Shown here: positions 1 through 14,639 of the stretch, one piece after another
How positions within the stretch are numbered: the first letter of the stretch is position 1
How the letters are laid out: each line of letters starts with the position of its first letter
NCBI GenBank assembly: GCA_964016885.1
Contig: OZ024740.1
Coordinates: 272,490,001-272,554,000, forward strand
DNA from: Eledone cirrhosa
Lineage: Eukaryota
DNA length: 64,000 nucleotides
Direction of reading: 5' to 3'
The notes under the pieces: model-generated
What the model saw: the letters and a program-made list of their open reading frames with translations, nothing else
Told to the model about the DNA's origin: nothing
The model's database searches: none
Position numbers and translations under genes: made by a program

Positions 1-46
1 TGGATACTAATTTTCTGCAGCTTTTCTCTTTATTCTTCAGAAAAAT

Positions 47-229
47 AATTGTTTTTATTTTTTGGCACAAGGCCAGCAATTATCCCAGTGAATTACTGGT
101 ACTTTATTTTATCGACCTCGTAAGGATGAAAGGCAAAGTTAACCTCAGCGGGATTTGTACTCAGAACGTGAAGCGCCATAACTCTATGCTACAAAGCATG
201 GCATTCGACCCTCTACCGATACTGCCAAT
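47..229 (-). mobile_element. tRNA-derived SINE, family A (Meta/MESC-like core; octopus OR-type by inference)
   Basis: The reverse complement has an A-box-like TGGCAGTATCGG, a degenerate B box (family consensus GAGTTCAAATCC), the core GCCTTTCATCCTTACGAGGTCGATAAAATAAAGTACCAG and an (ATT) tail. About 25 copies occur in the window. Confidence 0.85.
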
Positions 230-899
230 AATAATGGAGCAGAATGTTGCATGTATGAATAAAAATATGTTAGGGAAGGCTAGAGGATAGAACAGCGTAG
301 ATGGGAAGAAAAGTGAGAGAAAGGAAAGAGTGATATAGTCAACCGATTGAAACCTTACGAGAAAAATATTGTCTTTCGTAAAATTATAACTGTCATTTTA
401 GAGAGATAATCATTTACATGGTGGAATACTACACTTTGAATATATTTTCTTTATTTTTTCTGGATATGAAGAAGACAGATCAAACAATGGTATAAAAGAA
501 ATTATTAGAAAAGATATTTTGATGAAGAAATCCATGGAGCGTACATTGCTATATTTATTTTCTTGAGTTAATCAGGAGGGATTATTCCCATAAAGTTTTG
601 TTTGAACATTTTACCTAAATAATTATCATTCAGAATCTTTTGTACATACAACAAGAAATAAAGCCAGGAAGGATAAACAAGAAGAAAGTTTCATAAAGTG
701 TTCAAAAGCGAAGTCATTTTTGAAAATTTTATGTTTTGGTGTAATTAATTACCAAAGAAATAACTGTTGTATGAGAAATACATTGTTTACAAAGAAAATC
801 ATTGAATATTTCCCCTTCGCCTTCGTCATATTTAATCCAGGGAGATGAAGTAATTATATTAGATTATCTATAAGAAATAGGAAGATGTTGAATTGTTTG

Positions 900-1042
<143 letters not shown>

Positions 1043-1124
1043 ACGAAGGAATTGTGGTAAGGAACCAGATGGACCATAACGCACCAAAGTACTCAATACT
1101 TAGAGCAGTAGAGTGGGTAATAGG

Positions 1125-1170
<46 letters not shown>

Positions 1171-1256
1171 GTAGGTCCCGGGTTGAGTCGGGGATAACCA
1201 CAGTAAGTAAGGTACTCAATACATGGCAGAGTACAATTTTTTTATTTTATAGAAGG

Positions 1257-1307
1257 ACCTTCTACAGGACTAGTACTGTTTCATTCAGATGAAATCTTCA
1301 GGAAGCT
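1257..1307 (-). ncRNA. Type I hammerhead ribozyme (mirror copy)
   Basis: Reverse complement CTTC-CTGAAGA-TTTCATCTGAAT-GAAACAG-tactagtc-CTGTA|GAAG. Confidence 0.7.
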
Positions 1308-1354
1308 TCCTGAAGATTTCATCCGAATGAAACAGTACTAGTCCTGTAGAAGCT
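1304..1354 (+). ncRNA. Type I hammerhead ribozyme
   Basis: AGCTTC-CTGAAGA-TTTCATCCGAAT-GAAACAG-tactagtc-CTGTA|GAAGCT. Helix I has 6 bp, stem III is ACAG/CTGT, and the triplet is GUA. Confidence 0.75.
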
Positions 1355-1361
1355 CCTTCTA

Positions 1362-1402
<41 letters not shown>

Positions 1403-1414
1403 GGAACAAGTATG

Positions 1415-1510
1415 ACCCCGACGGCAGAGATCAAGCCGTTTCGACGGCTATTTCTGGACTAAATAAGAATTTTTAGCCTGGTAAATAAATAGCCAAACTT
1501 CTCAGGGGGT
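1415..1510 (-). ncRNA. Degenerate type I hammerhead with long stem II (family F1)
   Basis: Reverse complement ACCCC-CTGAGAA-(..GGCTATTT...AAATAGCC..)-GAAACGGC-ttgatctct-GCCGTC|GGGGT. The core has A at position 8 instead of G. Confidence 0.55.
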
Positions 1511-2044
1511 ATTTCCTTATTTGGGAAGATAGTAATTGTCGAGAGGATTGGTCAAACGTTTGTTGTAAAGACAGATGAATGTATCATGGCATTTGGTGGG
1601 AGGTAGGGGTGGCTGAACTTGCCGGTAGAACAAAGAGGGAGTGGGGGAAATCCAGTCAAGCGTTGAAAGTGAAATCTATACATCAGATTCTAAGGATAGT
1701 GTATAAAAGGTTGAAAAAAGTGTACTGGAGAAGAGGAGGGTGGGGGAGGGGGAGTTGAAAGAATAGGTAAATCGAAAGGGAGTAAAAAAAAAACCATTAT
1801 AAAAATAAGGAAATAAATATATAAAAAACAATTTTTGGTTACTAAGCCATTTCCACAATCACCAAACTTCTCATTGGTATTGCTAAGCTATAGAAAAGTT
1901 TAATAGGTGGAGAATGGGAACATACTAAATACGAGATAGTAGTGAAAGAATTTTATAAAGCCGGCTTTACAGGGGCTCTAACACCACTGCTATAGATATT
2001 TAGTAATCAACCAATGCTATCTTACAATGACAGGTTAATAAGTT

Positions 2045-2153
2045 GAGAACAAAAATACTAAAGTACTACTACAAAAATACTAATACAAAATATTAATACA
2101 AAAATACTAATACAAAAATACTAATACAAAAATACTAATACAAAAATTCTAAT
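2045..2153. repeat. 14-bp tandem repeat (AATACAAAAATACT)n
   Basis: About 7 imperfect units are visible. Confidence 0.8.
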
Positions 2154-2925
2154 GAAGTTTGAAATAGTTGTAACTTTGGCTCTAAGTTGATTATGAAACC
2201 TAACATATAAGGATGACGAGCTTTGACTGAATCTTTAATGAATCCAGTCTATGGTTTCGAAAACTATGTATTTTGAGGGAAGCATGGTAGTTAATAATTT
2301 GTAGTTAATAATCAAGAGATTAAAAGAACAAGAGAAATTCTTTAAGCACAAATGGGTACAGACATCAGTGTTAAATATATCAACCAATTTGATCAAGAGA
2401 CTATATCAAACCTACCTAATGAGAAATGGTTGTAGATCTAACAAATTTATTAACAGTTCGTATGTTATAAGATAACGTTATATTCACGATAAATACTTAG
2501 GAAAAACAAGTTAACATATAAGTCAAGAGTACTAAAACTATATGGCCATATAAAAAGATCAACTCATGGTGTAAGTAGATTATGCCTGGAAGGAAGGTTG
2601 GCTGGTAGAAAAGCAGAGGCCGCAGCTAAAAAAGATAGCTTGACAATGTCAACTTATGGACTGGACTTGATCTTTGCTCTTTGAACTCTGCTGCTGATGA
2701 TCGAACTTTGTGGAGAGGGATATCACAGTACACCTTCTATACTACCCTACTCCATACCTTAATAAATATTACCATCTCTATATTACATACCACCACATAA
2801 TACCATACATCCGCTATGGCCCACGAACACTAACGCGTGTACTTTGTGGAGAGAGATATCACATGTTAATGTGCAGTCTGCAACTGGCGGAGTTTACCGT
2901 CAAATGGGAGAGACAGAGAGAGCGA

Positions 2926-2993
<68 letters not shown>

Positions 2994-3092
2994 GAGAGAA
3001 ATGGAAACCTTATGGGTGATCGGTAAAGCCGTTCGTACATGTACACCAATACTTTTCTTAGTAAAAAAAAAAAAAATTACGGCGAAAGCTTC

Positions 3093-3157
<65 letters not shown>

Positions 3158-3393
3158 GTATGAATTGTTCAATACAAAAGTGATGTTGTCAACACATCTA
3201 GTGAAGCTTTTGTATCCAATGGTAAGAAATTTTCTGTTGCGTACTTGGAGAAAAGGGCAAGATTTTCAAACGTAAACAAATAACCATGCCTACACGCAGA
3301 TACACACACACACAATACACATACATACACACACACACAGTCACAGATACACACACACACAGTCACAGATACACACACACACAGACACTGACT

Positions 3394-3424
<31 letters not shown>

Positions 3425-3457
3425 ACAGAGGCACTCACATTCACAGGCGCACGCAGA

Positions 3458-3629
3458 TAATTGTTTCTACTTTTGGCACAAGGCCAGCAATTATCCCAGT
3501 GCATTACTGGTACTTTATTTTATCGACCCCGTAAGGATGAAAGGCAAAGTTAACCTAGGCGGGATTTGAACTCAGAATGGCAAGGGCCGTAACTCTATGC
3601 ATCAAAGCATGGCGTCCGATCCTCTACCG
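3458..3629 (-). mobile_element. SINE family A
   Basis: Same core and B box as 47-229. Confidence 0.85.
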
Positions 3630-4003
3630 CAAACAGATAATGAAAGGAAATCAACAGGTTGTACTGTATTTTCTGCAAATATAAATCAAGGATCTACGTA
3701 TAACCACAAGAACACATGTATGTAAATGTATAGCCACATACACATATGCAGGTGACGACAGACAGATGTGTAAACTGTCTTATTACGTAAACATTCATTA
3801 CATGTAACGGTATATACAGTATCAACCTATATTTCACGAACTACTCAATAAGGGCTTGTTATTCAGACTGATTTGTCTAACTCCAGGGAAATAAAAGCTT
3901 ACACACATATAAACACACATACATATATATAAATAAATATACATATGAATACATACACATACATGTATACATACATACATACACCCATATATATATATAT
4001 TAT

Positions 4004-4046
<43 letters not shown>

Positions 4047-4194
4047 TTAGATAGATAGATGGATATATACGATCACACACGTATATATATACATTATACA
4101 CACACACACACACATACATATATATATATAGAGAGAGAGATTAGATAGATAGATGGATATATACGATCACACACGTATATATACATTATACACA

Positions 4195-4243
<49 letters not shown>

Positions 4244-4777
4244 CTGAAACCATGTCCCTCAGAATATGTATGTGTATTTCATTTGAGTTTTGTATGTTTG
4301 TTTAGGAGTCCTGGACAAGAAATTCTCAGCTCATTCACCGGTCTCTCTCTCTTTTTCTCTCCCTCTCTTTCTCTCTCTCTCTATCTCGCCCCTTCTCATT
4401 TTCTCTCTCTCTCCTTTTTTCCCTCTCTTTCATTCTCCTATCCTCTTTCTCCTAAGTTTACGGAGAGTCGGCCTATATAAACGAATTTCTCTGTGTCTGC
4501 AAGGACTGCTGATCAATAGACGCTGTAAGAGGTTCAATACATTGCGATCAATTAGAGAAGAAATGTAAACAGTGATTCGTGACCAACACATCAATAATTG
4601 GCCATTTGATGTGTTAGAGATACGATATCTATGTTCTCGTCGGACCAAGTCAATAATTCGACGACGGAAGAGTTTGCTTTGAATTGTTATTCGACTATTC
4701 ATACATACATTCATACATACATACATACATACATACCTTCACCCATTCAGACACACAGACAGCCACACGCACAAACA

Positions 4778-4825
<48 letters not shown>

Positions 4826-4904
4826 TGTATTGAGATTTATATATATACACAAATGTTCGTATATATATATATATATATATATACATTATATATATATATG
4901 CATA

Positions 4905-4952
<48 letters not shown>

Positions 4953-5041
4953 CATGTATATATATGATTCTAGAGAGATCTCTATATATACACACAAATA
5001 TCCGTGTATATATATATATGAGGTATTAGTATTGGTGCTCC

Positions 5042-5102
<61 letters not shown>

Positions 5103-5219
5103 TATGCATATATATATATAATGCATATATATATATATATATATATATATACGGACGTTTGTGTTTATATATATACATATATATATATACATATGTATAC
5201 ATATACATACATATATATA

Positions 5220-5295
<76 letters not shown>

Positions 5296-5898
5296 TTACT
5301 TATAGTGCAACATATGTATATTTGTATAAGTAGGGAACAGCTTTTCCTTCAAACATATATTAAAAACACGACTGTGCTGCAGTTTGGTAATTTTTATTAA
5401 GGATTTTTCGTATTTCTTTATTAGTTCTTTATGCTCAGTTTGGAACAATACTATTCCTAACCAACACACACACACACACCACCCACACACATGTGTATAT
5501 CTATGTATGTATATATACAAACACACACACATATATATATATATGTATAATGTGTGTGTATATATATATATATAGATATAATGCATATATATTTAAGCCT
5601 ACACTTGTGATCGAGTTTACTAAATATGTTGGTCAATAACCGTATGTATGTATGTATGTATGTATGTTTGTTTTCTCTTTCTCTTAATTTTGAATATATT
5701 TTTTTGACCGGCCACCTTCCTGGTGGCAAGGTTGTAAAAGAAAAGAAATTGTCATCCCTTGAATCGCAAGAATGTTTTGCAAATTTTGAAGGTGCCAGCT
5801 ATCGCAGCCATTTGTAGACTATGAATTAGGGATGTATGTATGTATATTTGTATGTATGTATTTATGTATGTATATTTGTATGTATGTATTTATGTATG

Positions 5899-5947
<49 letters not shown>

Positions 5948-6865
5948 CTCTATTCTTTTAACTATATATATATATATATATATATATACATACACACACA
6001 CATGCACACACCCACATACATGTAAATGTGCATTTGTTGCTTTCTTCATGTAGGTGCATATATTTGAGTGTATAGTTTATCTTGTGTTCACTCCACTATT
6101 TGATCATGTTAGTGTCAATATATTTCGATTGAGTTCATCTGATAACAAACGTGTCGACATTTTGTTTCTATTCTGTGAATTTAGCACCTTTCTAGAGAGC
6201 TTCTCATCTCTGATATGTGGTACATATATTATAAAGTCTATACATATGTAGAATACTTTCCATTCATCTTTTCTTTAACGAATTACTTAATTAATTAGTA
6301 CGTATGTTCGCTGATTCCTCGACGTATTCGTACAAAACTTTCTTTAATGTGTTAATTATAATAGTCACACATGATATAGGAGCGTGAACGTTCTTAACAT
6401 GCCCTAGCTTTAAATGTGAACATACAAAATAGCTTTCCAAACAAAAATGTATATAGACTTAACAATAATTACACTGTGTTGTATTCGCATGATTCACATT
6501 TCCAAAACAATTGATGATATATAAGACGTAAAATTTGAATAAAATCATCGTATAAAATTGTGAGAGTCCCTCTTAGCATTGTAAGATATCCTAAATTTGA
6601 ATTAAATTGCGATCATAAAGTGGAATGACGAGAGTTCGTCCTAGCAAATAAAGATACCGTAACACTTAATAAAAGCGCAAATTGTTTGGAGTATCTCATA
6701 ACATTTTATTAGATTGAGATCATAATGTGGAATGATTAGAGTTCCTCTTAGCAAAGTGAAACATTGTAACTTTTAATATATATGTTTGTATGTATGTATG
6801 TATGTATGTATGTATGTATGTATGTATGTATGTATGTATGTATGTATGTATGTATGTATGTATGT

Positions 6866-7360
6866 ACAACCTGTCGCATGGTCGGGTCGTCGGCGACTAA
6901 ACCGGCAACCCCACCAAGTTTACTTGGTGAGGAGGTTGATTTTGGACACCCTGCGGGACAAAAAACAAAACCTGACAAAGGACAGAAGAACTCGTAAGAG
7001 TCAACGGCCATCCAAAAGTGTGTAAATATGTATATACACATGTCCATATGTATGTATATGTGTATATACATGGGTGCATGTGTATGTATATGCGCGGGGA
7101 CATAGAAATAGTCGGACTGGACACCCGATCGCGCGGTTAAACCACTGGGAGTGAAGGACCCCTAGCCTTTTTCAGGGCATTCTTCTAGGAGAAGGCAACT
7201 CAGGAAACTGGGATAACTCCGACATAAAACCTGCGGCTCTGTAGTTACCGATGATGTTGATCTTTTCTTCTTTTCGGGTTATAGCTACTGTCGCCCAGAG
7301 AGTGGGATTGGCTCAGTGCACAGTCTTTCCTCACTTAAAAAAATATCTTCACGCACAGGC
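6866..7360 (+). mobile_element. Probable RTE-clade LINE 5' UTR fragment
   Basis: GC-richer island starting CCTGTCGC...GGCGACTAA, which resembles the P4-J4/2 end of the HDV-like ribozymes at RTE 5' ends. It also contains CTAGGAGAAGGCAACTC, similar to RTE UTR motifs. Confidence 0.45.
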
Positions 7361-7549
7361 ATTGTACAATAGAATTAATTAATAATTATTAATAATGGTA
7401 TATCGTGCAATCGCCATACTCGATAACGAGGGGGAAGCCGTCATGTATGTATGTATGTATGTATGTATGTATGTATGTATGTATGTATGTATGTATGTAT
7501 GTATGTATGTATGTGTGTGTGTGTGCGTGAGTGCGCAGATTTCAGCCAG

Positions 7550-7602
<53 letters not shown>

Positions 7603-7623
7603 CCGTTCTCACTATACCATAGA

Positions 7624-7661
7624 CGAGTTGAAGAATCCCTTGGGTGAAACACGTGTTCTCG
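7624..7661 (+). ncRNA. Minimal type I hammerhead, U3 core variant
   Basis: CGAG-TTGAAGA-ATCCcttGGGT-GAAAC-ACGT-GTT|CTCG, with palindromic stem III AACACGTGTT. Confidence 0.7.
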
Positions 7662-7785
7662 ACAATCGTTTGCTAATTTGTTGCGGAAATAATTCTATAC
7701 CGGACTCGTTCTTTGGACTGAGTGCTCTACCAACGTTGGATATAACCCCTAGCCTAGCCCCCAGTTATTTACCACTATATACATA

Positions 7786-7837
<52 letters not shown>

Positions 7838-7842
<5 letters not shown>

Positions 7843-8127
7843 TTAGTATATAAAGGAACAAAGAATCAGTGGTGCATCATATACATATTTATTACATATT
7901 ACATATGTTTCACTGTCGAAATATAAGAAAGTTTTCGAAAAATATTCATTCACTTTCAGACGTGAGCCTGCATGTTAAAACATATCTGAGGAGCTTCCGA
8001 TTCCAGAGTGAGGTTCGATCATTAATAGATTGTTCCTCGAGCTGATCGACAGTGAAACATATGTAATATGTAATAAATATGTATATGATGCACCACTGAT
8101 TCTTTGTTCCTTTATATACTAATACTA
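7838..8127 (+). mobile_element. Fold-back HHR element in (TA)n
   Basis: 82-bp inverted arms at 7838-7919 and 8046-8127, with (TA)n on both sides. Confidence 0.8.
7980..8071 (+). ncRNA. Type I hammerhead with 61-nt stem II insert
   Basis: ACATAT-CTGAGGA-(GCT...TCGATCA...TGATCGA.AGT)-GAAAC-ATAT-GTA|ATATGT. Confidence 0.7.
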
Positions 8128-8141
8128 TATATATATATATA

Positions 8142-8672
<531 letters not shown>

Positions 8673-8752
8673 TACACACACACATACATACACACACCCA
8701 CACACCCACCCACACCCACCCACCCACACACACCCATATATATATATATATA

Positions 8753-9180
8753 TATTAGTATTGGTGCTTTGAAATAGCGATGTATACATGGATGTATGTA
8801 TAGTATATTTAGCAATATACTGAACGTCCAATCATTTGCTATGAGTTTTAAAGTAGTGACTATGTCACTTACTTATTCTCGGCAAAAACAAAGGAGAGTG
8901 ATCAACGGTCCGTTTCTTGCTTGTTAGCATTTATCAAGACCACACACTCCCTTGCTTCTGCCGAGAATTATAGAAGATGGATTCTTATAAAATTCCAGTA
9001 ATATTTAAGAGCTGATTAAACAGAGCGATTGATAACAAACATTATGTATTAGTCTTGGTGCTCTGAAATAGCGATGTATAGATGAATGTATATATAGTAT
9101 ATTTCGCAATATACCGTATGTTTAAATATCACTGGAATTCTATATTGCCAAATATACTATGCGTACATTCATATGTATAT
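8753..9180 (-). mobile_element. 294-nt HHR monomer with terminal redundancy (family F3)
   Basis: Direct repeat at 8753-8820 and 9047-9114, and a short inverted tail at 9130-9180. A homologue lies at 32831-33110. Confidence 0.75.
8898..8943 (-). ncRNA. Type I hammerhead, U3-A8 variant
   Basis: Reverse complement GTGGTC-TTGATAA-ATGCtaacaaGCAA-GAAAC-GGACC-GTT|GATCAC. Helix I extends over 8876-8967. Confidence 0.6.
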
Positions 9181-10883
9181 ATGTATATATATACAGAGAG
9201 AGAGAGGGGGGGGGGATGAAATGGGGAAGAGAGAGAGGAAAGCGGGGGGAAGAGAGAGCGAGAGAAAGAGAGATCATAAATGTTGAACGGCATTTGTAAC
9301 ATTTAATGAAATCATAATGTAGAGTAGTTGGATTTCCTCATACCCAGATAAACATCATAACTCGTCAAGATATCATAATGTAGATCAGCTGGAGTTTCTT
9401 TCAGCTAAGAAAGGAAGATATCATCTATTTCATCTCTTATATAAAACTCCATTCTAGATCATCGGAAATATTGAACCTAGATGTATTTTCACCGAGGATA
9501 GGATTATTAAAAATTAATCAAATCCATTTAGAAAAATTAATGAAATCAATAGTTCTTATAAATTATGTAAATGTTTGAAGTGATTTATGCTTATAATGCA
9601 ACATTAAGAAACGGTAAATGGTTATCTTTATTTCATCATTTTATATATTCGTTTTAACACATAATTCCAAATACGGCATTTGAATTTCAATCAACAGATC
9701 TTTGGCCTCTGTCAATTTCTCTCAGTCAAACATCTGATTAAAAATGCACAAGAGAACTTTCTGCAGCATGGTGACGTGTAATCCTTTTCACATAGAGCTA
9801 ACTTTCTAAGTAATTAATTTCTTTCGAGCGAACACGCACATACTCACACACATAAACGCATGCTCGCTGGACACAGACACACACACTCACACACACACAC
9901 ACATATATATGATACATATGTTTGTGTGTGTGTGTGTGTGTTAATACATATGTTTATGCATATATATTATATAGTTCTATAGTCCTATATAATTTATGCT
10001 ATTGTATTTCTGTATATGAATTATAGTAATGAATACGTAGATTTGAATTTCAACGATCTCCCAGAAATCATAGCTATTTAGTAATAGATTTAACATAACA
10101 TTCATTCATATATTCATACTAATATCCTGAGTTTTCTTCGAGCAATTAAGAAGACATCAAGTTCAGGCACTCTAAATGTGTACGGGTTTTACGAAAGCAA
10201 CGCAGAATTAGTCTTTTTTCATTTAACATTTCAGCAAAGAGTCAGGTTTTCTTGTTTTTGTTCTTAAATAACGAAGGGCATAGATAGAACTCTTTTCTAA
10301 AGGTCATCCGGTTTCAATTGACTCATATCATCACATTAGCTATAATCGTCTTCTGTTAACAAATGTCTTATGATATTAGCTCTCATCGTCTGCGTACAGG
10401 TATTATAAATTGCTGTCAGCCATTTTCGTGTCGGCTGTCAGCAATTATCACTTGCTCTCCTTCAGCCGTCATCTTTCATTAGTCAACAACGTCTGTCTTT
10501 CCTTATCTTATCTTCATCTGCAGTTATCGTCAAACGCTAAACCATTAACGGCTGGTCTTTTATGTATGCCTGTATGTATATATGTATGTATATATGTACG
10601 CGTGTATGTATACATATATACACATATATATATTTATGTAAGTGGGTACATACGCACATACACATACACATATATATTTACCATATTTACATATATACGC
10701 ATTTACATTACACACACACACAAATATATGTATAAACGCACAGAAATCTATATATATTTGTACGTTATGTTTTTATAGATGTGTGTTTATGTAAGATCTC
10801 TTTCTTTCTTTGTCTCTCTATGTCTTCTCCCTCTGTATATATCTATCTGTATATATATATATATGTGTGTGTATGTATATGTA

Positions 10884-10958
<75 letters not shown>

Positions 10959-11009
10959 CACACACATATATATACATACATATATATATATATACACATA
11001 TATATACCT

Positions 11010-11109
<100 letters not shown>

Positions 11110-12009
11110 AGAGAGAGGGAGAGATATTTTACACATACACACTTACATATATATATATATAGCATATACAGAATGCACACACTCACATATGTAGTTCACT
11201 GCTAGTCGTATTTTGTTGAGTTCTTTAGCTACCTTTCTGCTATACTAAATTGACGTCTCTCATCATCTGCTGCCAAACAACGGATTCAATATTTTTACTT
11301 TTCCATCTTTTCATCGCGCTCTGCTATATATCTATTTGAGCTGACCACCTACATATTATATGTAGCAATGCAGTAATTTAGGTTATGTAGGTTACTATAG
11401 AGTGTGTGTCTAATGAAACTTGAGATGTACTACATGAAATTCCATCAACAAGATGCATTCATGAGCAAGTTTGTTTTTATTTGGAAGCGAATCAACTGTC
11501 TACACATTAAAGTCTCTCTCTCCACGCCACCGATGATATCCAAAAGAAAAGCCCAGCGGCTGTCTCATCACAGGCGAATTCAGAATCTAAAGAGCTCAAA
11601 CAGATATCACAAAGCTATTTATCTGAGCCTCTGTCAACGCCACCAGCTCACCGCCATCAACGTGTACTTTATTTATTTATCCCCAATGTATAAATGGTAA
11701 TGTGTGTGTGATGAAATTTGAGCTTAGAGTATAGAGATGTGGAACAAATACTTCAAGGAATTCTATCAAACGTTTTAACGACTCAGTCACTTCGCAGAAT
11801 GTAGTTGCTAAAACAAGAAAAGAAGCATATATTTGCTAATTAGAAAGTCTCTGCGGGATTGCTCAATAAACCAGCCAAGTCTCCTCCAGAACACATCATA
11901 ACATATGTTAGTTATGTAAAAAACGACAGATCAGGTAATAAACATCTGGAGTGTTTTTGACGATAGATTTATACTTGATCAGGGCTGACATAGGGTCGGA
12001 CTGAACAAT

Positions 12010-12190
12010 TGAAAAGTTCGTAGGCTGAAGAATTCATAGGCTGAGCAAGATACTCTCAATGGTTATTTTTCAATGTAGCCCCTGGAAAGAAACAATACAG
12101 TTATTGATAAGAAAAGTTTAAAATTAATGCATGCAAGATTTCACAGTTTTAGCATTACTCCTTCATAGTCAGTCTATGAACTTTAAAGCC
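12010..12190. mobile_element. Degenerate mariner-type MITE related to 17233-17430
   Basis: Shares AATTAATGCATGCAAGATTTCACAG and TIR-like ends, in the opposite orientation. Confidence 0.55.
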
Positions 12191-12639
12191 CCCCCCCCCG
12201 CATATACATAAAATTATATACCTTTACGCAGTCACTCAATCTGCTTGAAAAAGAAGCAAAATTGACCTCGAATCACACGCTACTGTCTTAAAAACAGAAG
12301 GACATATTGAAAAATCTGCTCTCAGATTAATCATTCATGAAAAAATAAATCATAGCTGAATTATTTTTCATCAAAGATTTACTCGATCATATTTAGCTAA
12401 ACAACAATAACAACAAATTCTTCTAATTTTTTTTTACTGGTTTCAATGTTTCGACTCTGGTTATACTAGCGCATCATCTTCAATGTTGTTTTTTATGTTT
12501 TATTAAATCCACTGCAGTACTTAGAATGGTGCCTATGCTATCGAGATCTAGTGGAAGTACATAAAACATTTTTGTTCGGCGTACAAAATATCCTTACATT
12601 TTCACACACACACACAGACACACTAGATTCACCCTCCTT

Positions 12640-13385
12640 TAAACAAATGTACTGGGGTGGGGACAGCACTTCCTTCTCCACCCTCACCTTCCTTTCCACC
12701 TTGAAAAAGTTGATGAGGGCTTGACCGAAGCGGGTAGTCTGTGTCTTCCGCACACAATCTCCTTCACTTCAGCCACTAGATAGGAAAACTGCCTGACTTC
12801 TCGGCCAAATGAAGGCGGCGTGGTGATCTTTATGATGGAGTAGGCTGATAGCTGGATCCGTCCTACATGCGATAATAGCTGTTCGACAAAACTCACAAAA
12901 TGCTCGGTCACTTGACGAATGCGTGCTGAACGGTTTTATCGACCTAGGCGCATCTCAGGTAGGTATTAATTCTGTGGCTGTAAAGTTTGTCATGAACTGG
13001 CACTTTCCGACAACTAGTTCTTTATAGAACCCTTGAAGGGAATTTCCCCTGACCTCATTGCCCGCCTGGTAGATGGCTGTGAGCGCATGACAACATTCTA
13101 GATGCCAGGCACCCTGTGTTAGTCTTCGTGTGACCCACGACTACAGTTCAGTCAAAGAAACGAATGCGGAAAGAACAGTCTCACAAACGTCGGCCAAACC
13201 TGTTCACGGTTTAGGAATAGTTGGAGATGTCATAGCCTCAGTGCATATTTGTGGATCATTAGCCACGACTAACCAAGCCCTCCATGTTGGTTTTAGATAA
13301 ACCGCCTCACCAGTGGAACCCGTTTCTTTCACAAAATGTTGAAGAGCAGGCGCTCCGATTTCGCGAGGTGCGGACCAGAGCATAG
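12640..13385 (-). mobile_element. Tx1/L1-clade LINE ORF2 3' fragment (decayed zf-RVT region)
   Basis: Minus strand VPVHDKLYSHRINTYLRC..DKTVQHAFVK, followed by FVEQLLSHVGRIQLSAYSIIKI...LVAEVKEIV. Contains stops and frameshifts. Confidence 0.65.
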
Positions 13386-13511
13386 CACACACACACACAC
13401 ATCTCTCTCTCCTCTCTCTCTCTATATATATATATTTATTAAAATAACAGATTTTAGTCTTCAAATGTATTATTACTATATATATATATATATATAATAT
13501 AATATATAATA

Positions 13512-14444
13512 TAATTGTTTCTACTTTAGGCACAAGGCCAGCAATTACCCAGTGCATTACTGGTACCTTATTTTATCGACCCCGTAAGGATGAAAGGCAA
13601 AGTCAACCTCGGCGGGATTTGAACTCAGATCGTAAAGGGACGTAATTATGCTGGAAAGCATGGCGTCCGACCCTCTACCGATACTGCCAATATATAATAT
13701 AATATAATATAATATATATATATAATATAATTGTTTCTATTTTTGGCACAAGGCCAGCAATTACCCAGTACATTACTGGTACTTTATTTTATTGACCCCG
13801 TAAGGATGAAAGGCAAAGTTAACTTTGGTGGGATTTGAACTCAGATCATAAAGGGACGTAACACTATGCTTCAAAGCATGGTGTCCAACACTCTACCGAT
13901 ACTGCATATAATAAAATATAATATAATCGTTTCTACTTTTGGCACAAGGCTAGCAATTATTCCAGTGTATTACTGGTACTTTATTTTATCGACTCCGTAA
14001 GGATGAAAGGCAACCGACCCTCTACCGATACTGTCAATCCACCGCCCTTATTATTACTAATATTAATATTAATAATAATGATTCCTTTCGCATTTCACCA
14101 CCGTAAATGAAATTTAAGTGTCAGTAACATTGGAGAAAGAATTGTCCTGGAGGTTGGTGAGGGAGACGCGCTGGAACAGCCAGGCCACCTAGCGGAGCTC
14201 CTACTTGCCGATAGCCAACTCCACTCCGTATTTAGTTAAACAAAAGTCGCCTTACCTTTTAAAAATACATACCAGTGTTGTGCTCTACTTATATAACTAA
14301 ATTTTAACACATCGCTTATCAACATAATTGTTTCTATTTTAGGAACAAGGCCAGCAATTACCCAGTACATTACTGGTACTTTATTTTATCGACCCCCGTA
14401 AGGATGAAAGGCAAAGTTAACCTCGGCGGGATTTGAACTCAGAT
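13512..14444 (-). mobile_element. Cluster of four SINE A copies (13512-13690, 13728-13906, 13925-14049, 14325-14444)
   Basis: Same orientation, repeated core. The first three are separated by (ATATA)n spacers. Confidence 0.85.
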
Positions 14445-14639
14445 CAACATAATGGATTTCTGTTGGTTTCGACAATGAGCGTTCCAGTTATTCGATTACG
14501 AAACAGCCTGATGATGGATGAAATGTACTTGCACGTGATTACACGGACATGTCCTTTACGCAATATTTGGGTACAGCCAATCTAATGGATTTCGACACAA
14601 TTCCCGCCTACCCAGTTTCCCTCACGCAGTAAGAGTGAT

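Larger units (their letters stand above)
1245..1366. repeat. Near-perfect ~122 bp palindrome made of two head-to-head hammerheads (family F2)
   Basis: Arms 1245-1305 and 1306-1366 are centred on GGAAG|CTTCC with 2 mismatches. A related copy lies at 58311-58468. Confidence 0.9.

Noticed and set aside
1510-2700. Possible Penelope ORF body upstream of the F1 hammerhead
   Set aside because: No RT or GIY-YIG motif could be read in any frame.
2694-2710. Isolated CTGATGA (also at 14508 and 46292)
   Set aside because: No correctly placed GAAA, stem III and helix I.
4510-4575. CKDC-TGA as a selenocysteine codon
   Set aside because: The exon itself is unproven and no SECIS element was recognised.
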